Counted from the stretch's first letter, positions 51,070-64,000 are shown. The stretch: 64,000 nucleotides of DNA from Eledone cirrhosa (GCA_964016885.1 OZ024740.1:366296001-366360000), one strand, 5' to 3'. The notes: generated by a model from the sequence alone, not told the origin. Numbers and translations: made by a program.

Positions 51070-52386
51070 TCATCATCATCATCATCATCATCAACGTTTA
51101 ACGTCCGTGTTCCACGCTTGCATGGGTTTGGACGGGGGTAGTCCCACTTGAGGCAAGAGTGATTGTCTTGCTCGCATAGGACTGTCTGGCAGGTTTTCTA
51201 CAGTTGGATGCCCTTCCTAACACCAACCACATTTACAGTGTGGGTCTGGGAGGTTTTTACCGTGTTGCCTACACGGCCACATTACAGCGTGGACTGTGTG
51301 TTTTTTTTGTCGTGACACCTACACGATCTCATTTGTTTCGGCCTCGATGGCGCGGCACCAACATAACTTTACATAGAACGGGGTGGTGTGGATGGGGTGG
51401 GGGCGGGGGTGGTGGGACGGGGTGTATTTTGTTAGAGATGCCTACTGGCTGGAGTAGGTTTTACTATATATTTAGGTAAGGCGGGTCTTCTCTGTTACTG
51501 AGTACCGCCAAAGGTCTCGGTCCAGTGACATTGTCTTGGAGAGGTGTAAGTGTGTGATGTCGGAGTTTATCAGCTCGTCCCAGGTTTTCCTAGGTCTGCC
51601 TATTCCGTGACTACCGTCTATCTTTATTGCCCTGCACTTTGTTATACAGCTATCGACTTTCATGCGCATCACGTGTCCATACCAACGTAGCCTTCTCTCG
51701 AGTAAACAACATCTGATCCCTCTTATCTCTAATTTTTTCCTTAGTTCGTTTATGCTTTGCCGTTCACGTATATTACTGTTACACATCCAGCGGAGCATGC
51801 AAGCTTCGTTCCTCTCTAGTCTGCGTATATCCTCTGCACACAATGCCCAGGTCTCACTGCCGTGCAGCATTGCTGTTCGTATGCAGGCATCGTACAACCT
51901 GCCTTTCATTTTTAGTGAGAACCCTTTAGCAGCTAATAGTGGTATAAGCTCTCTGAACTTTTTCCATCCAGTTCTGACTCTAGCTACTGTACTTTCAGAG
52001 CACCCTCCCCCACTGCTGATTTTATCGCCCAGGTAACGGAAGCTGTCCACTATTTCTATAGAACCCTCTGCGCAATTGAAAGAGCTAGTAGTTTGTGGGC
52101 ACTTGCTGCTACTTATTGCACCAGAGCACCGGCCACATGTAAAATCTATGTTCTTAGTTAGCTTACCTGTGATCCCACTACATCTTTTATGCACCCATAC
52201 TTTGCATTTAGGACATAAAATGGAGTTTCTACCTACGCCTTTCCTACACACCGAGCACGACCATTTCCCAGAAGGGACCGCCGCCTTGTTTTCTTTCCTA
52301 CAAACTAGTACTTTGGTCTTAGCCAGGTTAATTTTAAGTCCTTTTGACTCTAGGCCGTGCTTCCATGTTTGGAATTTCTTCTCTAA
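51070..52386 (-). mobile_element. 5'-truncated RTE-type LINE
   Basis: Intact 259-aa C-terminal ORF 51472..52251, 3' UTR, (GAT)n tail. Confidence 0.95.
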
Positions 52387-55277
52387 TAATGATTCTGTTA
52401 ATTCACTGCCTTTGACTAGTACTTTATTTAAGTATGGTGTTGCTCTAATGATTCTACCATTTCACTGCCCTTGTTGGAATGACTATAATATAAGAAATAT
52501 TGATACATACTGTGTGAAAACCTAATGTGTTAGGTATGTTAGGTATTATCAGCTGGACATGTGACAGACCAAGATACTGCCAGGAAGAAGTCAGATGAGG
52601 TCATAGAAAATTAAATCACACTGATAAGATAAGAGGTACTATAGACATTTTTTACCTATATCGTCATGGAAAGTGCGCAATAAAACATTTTTTAATAATG
52701 ATAGTCAACATGAATGTTGACAATGATTATGATTATAAGGATGATGATGTTCTTGGTGAATAACAATAAAATGTAAACAAAGAAAGCTTCCCCATAAGAG
52801 GGGTGGCTCTGAGGGCTACACATAGAAAATCTACAAAAGTTAAAAAGACCACTAAGGATAAGTGCCTTCTCCGCGTTGTTCTCTTAATAACTGGTACATA
52901 CTCAGGACACCCAGTCACTTGGATCATGTTCGTAACTCTAATTCACCTTTCAACAAATTTACTGGAAGGCTGCACTTCCCTCTCCACCCTGAATTTCCTT
53001 TTAAAGTGAAACTTGAAAAAAGTCTATGAGGGTTTGCCCCAAGAAGAAAGTGTCTGTTTTCAACCTGTTTGATCTTAACTGCTGCACAACTTCATTCACC
53101 ATGGTCACCAAATAGATAAGAACTGCCTGCCCTTCCTGGACAAAGGAAGGCAGAGGGGCAATTTTCACAATGGTCTCAGTTGATAGCAGCTGTTTGACAT
53201 AACTTCACAAATTAGCAATGCTCAGGAACTGGGCAAGTGTGTGTAGAACAGTTTCCTCACTCCGTCCACATCTCAGACAGATCTGGTTGATGGAACATCT
53301 GTTCCTGTAGAGTTTATCCCAAACTAACAAATGCCGCTGGTAGCCCTGCCAGGCCAGAGATTTCTAGAAATTATCCATAGGCCTTGGGTTGAAAGTCTTC
53401 TGGAAAAAGTTTAGCCTCTTGGTTTTTGTCAATGTCCAGAGTCTCTTTGAGAACGTCACCCATTTTACCCAACACTAATTCCTCTATAGAACACAAAAGT
53501 AGAGTTTCCACTGGCTGCAGTGCCCAATTGACTGAGGGTTGTGAGCAACTGACAACATTCTAGTTGCCAAGCACTCTCTCTCAGTCTTTGTTTGACCCAA
53601 GCCAGCAACTCAGCCAAAGAGATGAGCTGGGAAAATACACATCTGATGAATGGCAACTACACCTGTTCACCACCAAAGATCAGATATGAACTGGAGTAAG
53701 GCATACCGGTCAGACATGAACTGGGGCAAGGCATGCAGTCATGCAATAATAATAATAATATGGTGGAAACTAAGGGAGTTGAAACATTGTGACAAAAAAA
53801 CAAAAAAACAACAACAACAAAACTATTGACAGTTTACCAAAGTCCCCACCTCAACTCAAACAAAGACAGACTATACCTTACCCATACACAAGGAGGACAT
53901 AACCCAAAACAAATAGAAATTTACTAGAAAATAACAAGAGTAAGCTGAGGGGAACACTAAGAAGCAAATAAAGGAAGAATGATAAATATAAAAAAAGAAA
54001 CATGAAAAGAAACAAAAAAGGTCTCTCTATAAAGAAATAGTAAGTAGGAAATAGAACCAACTTCCCTGAAACAATAGATCTTAATATAATAAAGGGAGGA
54101 GTGCGGGACTGTGTCCTGAATATATTTTTTTATCCCGTTTGTAAAATAAGTTGAATTACTTTGAATAAATAATGAATGAATATTACATAATTTATGTAGT
54201 AAATTTCGAAACTCTTGATTAAATATAAATAATTTTATTGCTTATTTCAAGATTCACTTCTTTTAAAATTTTCAAATGTCAATACTTCTGGTTATGATAT
54301 AACGGACGCTATATCATATCACTTATATAAACGTTCATATACTTCCATTGTTATGTAAGGCTTATAATTCCGTCGCTAATTTTCTCCTTTTTCGTTTTCA
54401 TGAGGATGGAGTCTTCGACTGAGGGTGGAGTCTTCGACTTGGCCTGAGCATGGACTCAAACTCAAATGAAATGAAATGAAATAACATTTCATCATTATGC
54501 AGTTTATATATAATATCGTCTTTTTTAGATGTATCATATCATGGATTACTTTACTGATTACAGAAGAGGGTGTAACACAGTCTTTCTTCAATTTCTGTGC
54601 ATATTCTCAATTACAATTTTATTTGACAGGTGTTTTTTTTGTTAGTTTAAATAACAATGTAAGGTAAATAATGGTTCCTAATATAGGGTAGGGGAAAGTT
54701 GATTATATCAACCTAGTAATTAACAGTTACTTTATTTTATTGATCCTCCCCTTCCTCAGAAGGAATGAAAGTAAAGTTGACATTGTCCGGATTTGCTAAA
54801 TGTTACAAAGTATTTTGTTTGACCCTCTTACAATTCTGCCAATCTACTACTCTAATTTTCACTAATGATAATTATAAAAATAATCATAATAATAACGAAA
54901 AATACATATTTATTTTCAATACAGAAATAATAAAAAAGAAGGAGAAACAAAAGGAAAGAAAGAGTAGGGAAATATAGAGAAAAAAAGAGAAGGATAGAAA
55001 GAAAGAAGAAAAAGATTGGGAAGGGGACGGGATGGCAAGAGCCTTGGTGTCACAGAAGCGAGGGGAGGGGTGAAGGGGGAGGGTGATTGGGCTTTGGGCC
55101 TAGGGCAAGAGTGCAGAAGTGTTTCTACATTTGGCACAAGGTCAGTAATATGAAGGAAAGGGGAAAGTTGATTATAGTGACTTCAGTATTTAACTGGTAT
55201 TATATTTGCCAGAAGGATGTAAGGCAAAGTTGGCCTTGGTCGGATTTGAATGCAGAATATGGAAGGTTATAACTAAA

Positions 55278-56412
55278 TAATAATTGTTTCTACTTTTGGC
55301 ACAAGGCCAGCAATTACCCAGTTCATTACTGGTACTTTATTTTATCGACCCCGTAAGGATGAAAGGCAAAGTTAACCTCGGCGGGATTTAAACTCAAAAT
55401 GGCAAGGGCCGTAACTCTATGCAATCAAAGCATGGCGTCCGACCCTCTACTGATACTGTCAATCCAAGGCACAAAGTCAACAATTTGAAGGGAGGGGAAA
55501 GTCGATTAGATTGACCTCAATGCACTACTGGTACTTTATTTTATCGACTCATAAAGATGAAAAGCAAAGCTAACCTCGGCAGAATATGAACACTGAACAT
55601 AAAGGACTATAAACTCTCTGCTGCAAAGCATGTTGTCCAATGCTCTACCAATACTGCCAGTCTACCACCCTATAACTAAATAATAATAATAATAATTGTT
55701 TTTACTTTTGGCACAAGGCCAGCAATTACCCAGTGTATTACTGGTACTTTATTTTATCGCCCCCGTAAGGATGAAAGGCAAAGTTAACCTCGGCGGGATT
55801 TGAACTCAGAATGGCAAGGGCCGTAACTCTATGCGTCAAAGCATGGCGTCCGACCCTCTACCGATACAGCCAATGCCATAATAATTGTTTCTACTTTAGG
55901 CACAAGGCCAGCCATTACCCAGTGCATTACTGGTACTTTAATTTATCGACCCCGTAAGGATGAAAGGCAAAGTCAACCTCGGCGGGATTTGAACTCAGAT
56001 CGTAAAGGGACGTAACTATGCTGGAAAGCATGGCGTCCGAATAATAATAATAATTATTTCTACTTTAGGAAGATGGCCAACAATTTGAAAGGGAGAGGGA
56101 AAGTCGATTAAAACGACCCCAGTGTATTACTGGTGCTTTATTTTATCGACCCCGTAAGGATGAAAGGCAAAGCTAACCTTGGCGGGATTTGAACTCAGAA
56201 CGCAAAGGGCCATAACTCTATGTTGCAAAGCATGGCATCCGACCCTCTACCGATACTGTCAATCGACCGCCCTATCTACTGCCATAATAATAATAATAAT
56301 TGTTTCTACTTTAGGCACAAGGCCAGCAAATACCCAGTGCATTACTGGTACTTTATTTTATCTACCCCGTAAGGATGAAAAGCAAAGTCAACCTCGGCGG
56401 GATTTGAACTCA
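55278..56412 (-). mobile_element. Head-to-tail array of ~6 tRNA-derived SINEs
   Basis: Repeated units separated by (TAA)n. tataactaaataataa at 55268 and 55671. Confidence 0.9.
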
Positions 56413-56812
56413 ATAATAATGATTTCATTTATTAGCCACAAGGGCCGACATGTAGGGGACAATACAAAGACAGGGACAGTGGGGGTTTACAATAAGGTCG
56501 AGTAAAAGTGCACAATGGCAAGACTAATTTAGGCACTACAACGCTATTAGCGCCTGTTTTCCACTGGACTGACAGCTAATAGCGTTATAGTGCCCTAATT
56601 TAACAATAGGATATAAAACAGTACGTTTCATTTAACTTACGCAGCATATTTATTTGTTTACATGCTCAGACTCTTCTGTACACACACACACACAACATTT
56701 AGGAAAACGGAAACAAAATACACAAATAAACAAAACAAAAAACAGACATTTTATTTCTATCGTAATCAAGTGCGCTAAACCTATATTGTTTACATTCTGT
56801 GTTTTTCTACGG

Positions 56813-58047
56813 ATGGGCAGAAATAACAAAATTGCCATGGTGATATCCATGGATGAAGTATGCGACAAAACTGGTCGATGTTCCAAAATAGAACATTGCC
56901 CAGAAAATCACATCTGCCATATCTGTACGGAACCCGAAAACTCATTCCGTTATCGTTGGGTCGAATGTGGAACCTGTCACATCTCTGTCTGCCTTCAATG
57001 CACCACAGGCTTCCGGAAGATCCCAGGCCAAAACAAGAAACATCATATTGCTATGATGGATAGACTCTGGGAGATGGTCCAGCTAACAAATTGGTCCTTT
57101 CAGTGCCTGGACTGTATGCCTGCTTCTCCCATTGCTGCGGAACAACAACAACAACAAAAACTGAAGATCGTGCCTGCTACCATTGTTCCCGAACAACAAC
57201 AACTAAAACCGAGGATCGTGTCTTCCTCTACCATTGTTCCTGAATAACAGCAAAAACCAACGACCGTAGCTTCTGCTACTACCCCCGTTGAAGGACTTCA
57301 TCAACAACAACAACCCATGTCTTCCTCACCCGTTACTTTTCAACAACAACAACTGACAACTGTGTCTCCTACCATGCCTGTTGAAGGAGAAGAACAACAA
57401 CAAAAATTGACCGTCAATACGGAGTTTGAGGAAATACGGCAAATGATTTCTGCTTTAAGCCGAGAAATAGCGGGAATAAAATCAAGCGTTCGTGTAGAAC
57501 CCACAATGAGGGATCTTACCGGAGTGCCTTGTTAAAAAATCTCCGCGTACCTCATGTTGAACCTAGATGTATTGAGAATGCCACTGAATCTGCAAACCAC
57601 GGAGTGATTGCCATTGGTGTACCAGAAGACATAGTTGATCTTCAAGCATTTGCTGCCAGTTCATCCAAAGACTTGGGCTGTGCTCCCGCAAAGGGTGCCC
57701 TATGCCTTGGCCGACCAGGCCCGAAACCCAGGCTAATTAGACTGTCGTTTTCAAACTCAACTGAGGCACGTTCATACCTTGTAGCCTCTGATAAAGCTAG
57801 GCGTGAAAATCGGATTGCTTTCCGAACACGCCCTGGTCTTCCACCTGATGTCTGCCCAAAGTTGCGTGCTGCAGCTTCCTTAAACCGCAGCTCGGCAGAA
57901 CATGAAAGCTTCAGCCTACGAGATGATGGGCAGATATGGAAGTTTGTTAAGGCTGGTGAAACATGGAAAAGAGATACCAGCTGGTCTGAAAACACTGTAC
58001 CCACAACAACTGACAATAAAGAAACTGAAAAAACTCTGGGAAACTAA
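56813..58047 (+). pseudogene. CR1 ORF1: PHD finger, Q-rich repeats, coiled coil, RRM-like C-terminus
   Basis: CHIC...WVECGTCHISVCLQC...FQCLDC; EQQQQ repeats; VIAIGVPE...LGRPGPKPRLIRLSF. In-frame stop at 57247 and frameshift near 57500-57530. Confidence 0.8.
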
Positions 58048-58049
58048 AT

Positions 58050-60868
58050 CAGAACAACCTGCCATCCCCTGCACATAATCATATACTGGAATCAAGGTAC
58101 AAATTGTTGTCCTTGAATGCACGAAGTCTATGCAATAAGATTCATCTTTTTGACTCGTAAGTCAAAAGTATCAATCCTGACTCCATTACAGTCACGGAAA
58201 CTTGGGCACATCCCTTACTCTGTGATGGGGTTTTCAGCTTAACTGGCTACAACCTTTTTCATAAAGACCGCATTAATCGTGGTGGTGGTGGTGGTGTAAT
58301 AGTCTACGTTCGGTCAAATTTGTCGGCAATTCCTTATGCTGATTTGAACCAATCACAGCAGGAAGATTTTTCTGTGATATACGTATGACCATGTCAACAC
58401 TGCTACTTGGAGTCATTTACCGTCCCCCAAATTACCATCAGGACACTCAACTTTGTGATATCCTCAGAGCTGCTGCCAGGAAAACAGCCACTTATGTTTT
58501 CATTGCAGGAGACTTCAATCACCCTGAGATTGACTGGGAAACCTTTCGTTGGCCGCCAAGTGCAAATGACTTCCTTGAGCTAGTGCTGGACTCGAATTGG
58601 TCCCAAGTAGTCACCTCCCCAACAAGAGGTGACAACACTTTGGACCTACTCTTCACCACTACTCCTGAAACGGTCATTAGTGTTACTGCTGAGGAACCTT
58701 TAGGTGACTCTGATCATGCTATGATCATTGCCAATCTATCCCTCATGGGCAGTAACAAAAACCACAACCATCTCCAAATTGCTCACTTTGACTGGAATAA
58801 AGCAGACTGGAACTGTTACTGCACCGAGTTGCAACGGCCAAACTGGCTTGAGTTCTACGACTCTGGAAATGTCAACACTGTTCTCCAGAACATCCTGAGC
58901 TCAATATGGACAGCATGTGCAGCATTGGTGCCACGTAAGCAGAAAAAACATCCCAAAAGTGCAATTTGGGAGACTGCAGCAGTCCGTCTTGCCAGAAAAG
59001 AACGGCGCAATGCTGAACGTGAGTACAAACTTCACAAATCAGACATAAATAGGAAGAGGCAAAATAGATCGTCCAACCGCCTCAAACAGGTGACAAAAAA
59101 GGCAGTGCTTCAATTTGAGCAGCGCATAGCAACCAGCCCTGACAGTAAGGTGTTCTGGAAGTATGTTCACTCAAAGCAGAGGCCTCACTCTCCAGTTGGT
59201 CCTCTTCACAATCCCCACACAAGCCAGGTTACTGACGACCCCAAGGAATGCGCAGAGCTCATTGCTGAATGCTATGCAGGCATTTTCACTATTGAAGACC
59301 AGAGTGTACCATCTCCATCACCTATGACACCGGACTCTATTACAACCATGGAATTTACACCTGCAATGCTGCGACGTCACCTAAAAAATAAATGCAACCA
59401 TGCCTCTCCTGGTGTTGATGGTGTTACGTACCTGCTTCTTAAACATGGTGGGTACTTCCTTCTGCACCAGTTATCACGCTTCTTACAATTCTGTCTGAAC
59501 AACGGTGCTACTCCAGAACAGTGGAAAACTGCCAGTGTCATTCCTCTGTTCAAAAAGGGTGACCGCACATCACCTGTGAACTATCATCCAGTCAGTCTTA
59601 CTAGTTGCATTGCCAAACTGATGGAATCCTGTGTCAGAGAAACACTTTGGAATTTATGGAACTCTCACAGTCTTATCCGGCCCTCGCAATTTGGATTTAT
59701 CCCCAACTCCAGCTGCTGTGATCAACTTATGGAGTTTCTTGAAGACATCACCCGGATCACTGATGGCGGCTCATGGGTGGATGTTGTTTACCTTGACTTT
59801 GCGAAAGCTTTCAATTCTGTGCCACACAAAAGGCTTATGGCAAAACTCTCTGCAATGGGTGTGAAGGATGATCTTTTTAACTGGTTGAAGTCCTTCATTC
59901 TCAGTCGAAGAGAAGTAGTCACGGTTCTGGGACAGCATTCCTCACCATATGAGATGTCATCTGGTGTACCACAGGGATCTGTTCTTAGCCCCCTTTTGTT
60001 TGTGGCATATATTAATGACATAGATGCCAACTTAAAGAATTCAACAGTACTAAAGTACGCAGATGACATCAAGCTGTACCTTGAGATAAAAAGGACAGAT
60101 CCTGAACACTATAGATCTTGCTTGCAGTCTGACCTGGACACAATGCAACAATGGATCTCAGACTGGCAACTCAAGCTAGCTGTGGACAAGTGCACCACCA
60201 TGCATTTTGGGAGTAAAAACCCAGCATCCACATACTCCCTCCACAGCACTAATATCAAGAAGTCTTCTTGTGAACGTGACCTGGGCATTACGGGCAGCAG
60301 CGATTTGCGTTGGACGAAGCACGTCTCTAAAATTGTCAAGAGGGCTAAGGGTGTCTTAGCATCACTCAGCAAGACCTTTGTCAGCCGCTCTCCAGCTATC
60401 TATTTAAGGCTGTACATGGCTATGGTGCGGCCACACTTAGAATTTGCATCACCAGTCTGGAACCCCTATCTTGCTCAGAACATTGACCACCTGGAAACTG
60501 TTCAGAGACGTGAAACCAAGCGAATACCCTCCATCAGGCATCTACCATACTCTGAGCGCCTTGCTTCCCTGGGCATGGATACATTGAAGCTCCAACGCCT
60601 GGCAACTGACTTGGTAAACACCCACAAAATTGTTAACCATCTTGCCAACAACAACCCTGAGTACCTTTTTGATTTCCATGTGTCTAACACACGTGGGCAT
60701 GCCCACAAAGTCAGAAAACAGTACAGTTCCCTTGACTTTCGGAAACATTTTTTCACGCTCAGAGTTGCTGAAGCATGGAACAAACTACCTGCATCGGTTG
60801 TTAGCTGTCAAGACACTGCATCCTTTAAGGCCTCCATGCTTCCCGAGATTCGCCAACACTACACCTAA
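58050..60868 (+). pseudogene. CR1 ORF2: APE endonuclease and reverse transcriptase (N-terminus frameshifted; 827-aa open part)
   Basis: LNARSL, VTETW, GGGV (broken frames). IYRPP, GDFN, LDL, SDH, YLDFAKAFNSV, GVPQGSVL, YADD, RDLG, VRPHLEF, TRGH, WNKLP. Confidence 0.95.
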
Positions 60869-63346
60869 TGTTCCCCCTCCATACACATACACACATGTAT
60901 ATCATGACTCATACACTATTCACTTCCCTGACATTTGTGTATTATTCTATGTACTATACATGCACCTTTGACGAGTTGTAGTGCATCTGAGCACTTTACA
61001 CAATAATTTCAATATATATATATATAATAATAATAATAATATTAATAATTGTAATCTCTTTATTTAAAGAAGAAGAAGAGGAAGAAGCAGCAAAATACGG
61101 GAGGAGGCAGATATTGTTTAGTCAGGCTGGTTGTAAAAGAAAGGTATGTGTTCAGATTGTCTGTGTAGGGAGCACACTATGAGGAAGGAAGACAAGATGA
61201 CAAGAGATAAAGATTGATAACTCCATCCCTGTTTTCATTTCCTCTGCTATTATCATAGAAAATATAGGTGAACTTCAACTTTCTAGTTGCTTTTATAGAT
61301 TGCAAACATGTGCCTGGGGGAGGGATTTGGTGGGCTGAGGTTTAAAAACCTAATTTATTCTATGTGAATGTCATATGGAAAGACCATATGACAAAGTAAT
61401 AATAGGTTTTAATTATATCAACGCTAGTACTTGTCTTATTTTATTAGCCCTGGAAAGGTGAAAGGTAAAGTTGACCTAGTGGGATTTGAACTGAATGTGG
61501 TGAAGTAATAATATTTAGCCACTAAGGGCAATTACATATATCATTGTTCATATAGCAGCCTATGCTATCGCTACCCCAATGAAATGAGCCAAGATGGTGT
61601 GGGAGAATGCTCTCTGGTGTACAGAACCCTAAGCATAAGGTACCTTGTGATCCCAATGGACAGAATAGAGAAAGCATTACTCTGGGGGATAGCAAGGGAG
61701 CTGCATTAAAATAGCCATTCCAACTTATAGGACTCATTCCAGCCTGTAGCCAACTCCACACTGATAGATATGAGTAGGGAAGTTGTTTAAGGACCAAAAA
61801 CACCTGAGGTCTCTACTACTACAGGTTCAATGATAATGGAAAGATTATGATTTTAAGTTTCATCAAAACCATCCTCAGCTGCTGAGGCTGATGCTGTATA
61901 GAGCTGAGTTCATGATTAATCATGTACAATATTTAGCTTGGATTTTAACTTGCTAAACTATTCTTTACACCATGACTAAGTAAGTTTACATGATAATGAT
62001 GATCATCCTCCTCATCATCACCATCATCATCAATATCAGCAGTAGCACCATCACACCCCCATTATCATCTATTCCTCCTCCTCCTCCTCCTCTTCCTCCT
62101 CCTCCTCATCATCATCATCACCATCACCATCACCATCATCACCATCATCATCATCATTGCTGCATACTAACATTGTTTTGTTTTCCTTGATGACTTGAGT
62201 TTGATCTGTCTTCAGCATAGTAAAAAAAAAAAAATCTCCATTCATCTTGATTTTTCATCATGTTGTGTGTGAGGTGTAACATTATCAGATCTAACCACAC
62301 TTCTTCCCATCATGTTATGTGTTTCTTAGGTCTTCTTCTACCATGATTACATTCCAATGCCTGCTTACAACACTTTTTCATTCATCAGGTTTTGTCTACT
62401 ACTCTTACATATCACTATCATGTAAAAGAAGCAGACGAAATCTCATGAATGAAAAACTTGTGAGCTGGCAGTGGAAAGCCACCAATGAAGCCTCTACATG
62501 GTTGTTCACTCTTCTAGAAATAGCAGCTAAATTTCTCTCATATCATGTAATTTTATAAAAAGGAAATATTGAATAATAAAGCAATCACAATAAACCTGTA
62601 ACACCTGGTGTAGTCATAAGGGTGATGTAATAACATAGCATTTCTTGGGTATTTTAAACCTGACTGAGCCCATCCCTTTCCAGGTCTGAATATATCCCAT
62701 GCTCTAATTATTCTGCTAATTTACCACCTCATATAAGTTCATAAGAAGATTCCTAGAAAATTACAATAAACCCAATTGTTATCAGAAGTATAGTGGAACA
62801 CATAATTCTCTTATACTTGTGAGTTAAGTTAAACGCTGCACTTCAAGCTAACAAGATATTCATCAATTTTATTGTAGTACTGAGTGAGGTGTACCACTAT
62901 GTAGTGTCTATTCACAGTTGAATCAAATAGGGTGCCTCCACCTGGTACCTGATCTGTTAGAAAGAATAGCTAAATAAAGCAGTACATTTTACATAAAGCA
63001 TTATGAGATAGGTAATAAATAAAGTGTTTGGAAAGTCGGTACAATATAGATAGAAATATAAAGGGGGTACTGAGGTAAAAGGAAGACAAAACAAAATAAT
63101 GTTTCTTTACCCAATATATTTCTTCATGATATTTCAAGATGAAGACCTTCTTTTCAAATAAATGTAGAAAAACGAAGTGTTCTGTTCTCATGAAGATTTC
63201 TTATGTTGTGTGAATGGTTGACAGTTGGATTGTACATGAATAGAGTATCATAAAAGCCACTCTGCTTCATGTAGCTCCATTCTATTGTTGATTAGTGGTC
63301 TCTTGCATGTTTAAAATTATCAACAATAGAACTGAGCTACATTGAA

Positions 63347-64000
63347 CAAAGTGGGTATTATGAAGCTCTGCCAAAGTGGGTATTATGAAGCTCTGCCAAA
63401 GTGGGTATTATGAAGCTCTACCAAAGTGGGTATTATGAAGCTCTGCCAAAGTGGGTATTATGAAGCTCTGCCAAAGTGGGTATTATGAAGCTCTGCCAAA
63501 GTGGATATTATGAAGCTCTGCCAAAGTGGGTATTATGAAGCTCTACCAAAGTGGGTATTATGAAGCTCTGCCAAAGTGGGTATTATGAAGCTCTGCCAAA
63601 GTGGGTATTATGAAGCTCTACCAAAGTGGGTATTATGAAGCTCTGCCAAAGTGGGTATTATGAAGCTCTGCCAAAGTGGGTATTATGAAGCTCTGCCAAA
63701 GTGGATATTATGAAGCTCTGCCAAAGTGGGTATTATGAAGCTCTACCAAAGTGGGTATTATGAAGCTCTGCCAAAGTGGGTATTATGAAGCTCTGCCAAA
63801 GTGGGTATTATGAAGCTCTGCCAAAGTGGGTATTATGAATCTATGCCAAAGTGGGTATTATGAAGCTCTGCCAAAGTGGATATTATGAAGCTCTGCCAAA
63901 GTGGGTATTATGAAGCTCTACCAAAGTGGGTATTATGAAGCTCTGCCAAAGTGGGTATTATGAAGCTCTGCCAAAGTGGGTATTATGAAGCTCTGCCAAA
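63347..64000. repeat. 25-bp minisatellite (AAAGTGGGTATTATGAAGCTCTGCC)n, at least 26 units, runs off the window
   Basis: Exact 25-bp period with recurrent single-base variants. Confidence 0.97.

Larger units (their letters stand above)
56520..61012 (+). mobile_element. Near full-length CR1-type LINE
   Basis: ORF1 with PHD finger, ORF2 APE+RT, short 3' UTR ending in (TA)n/(TAA)n. 5' boundary approximate. Confidence 0.9.

Noticed and set aside
52730-53740. Possible DIRS-like or other coding relic
   Set aside because: Higher GC, but no diagnostic motif could be read with confidence.
63347-64000. CRISPR-like regular repeat
   Set aside because: No unique spacers, no cas genes, eukaryotic context. 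It is a plain tandem array.

Overview
AT-rich animal genomic DNA, dense in microsatellites and transposable elements. I could not support any host protein-coding exon. The repeat landscape ((TA)n/(CATA)n tracts, RTE LINEs with (GAT)n tails, abundant tRNA-derived SINEs) resembles that of an octopus or other coleoid cephalopod; this is an inference. Classifiable elements: about 8 copies of a young RTE-type LINE plus older RTE relics; a near full-length CR1-type LINE with a PHD-bearing ORF1; a complete mariner with one frameshift; a hAT MITE with an 8-bp TSD; fragments of Naiad-type Penelope, CRE and Dong/R4 retroelements; many SINEs; and a 25-bp minisatellite. The most unusual signal is a set of small non-coding inserts sitting in (TA)n tracts. 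(i) Several carry type I hammerhead ribozymes. (ii) Many are foldbacks whose inversion lies in or beside hammerhead stem II. (iii) Two are terminally redundant monomers (periods 637 and ~525 bp) opened at different points. These two share a conserved RNA fold with a kink-turn and a pseudoknot, resembling SSU rRNA helix 23. They are candidate retrozyme-like, circular-RNA-derived elements with an undescribed structured RNA. All structure calls were made by eye and need computational and experimental confirmation.
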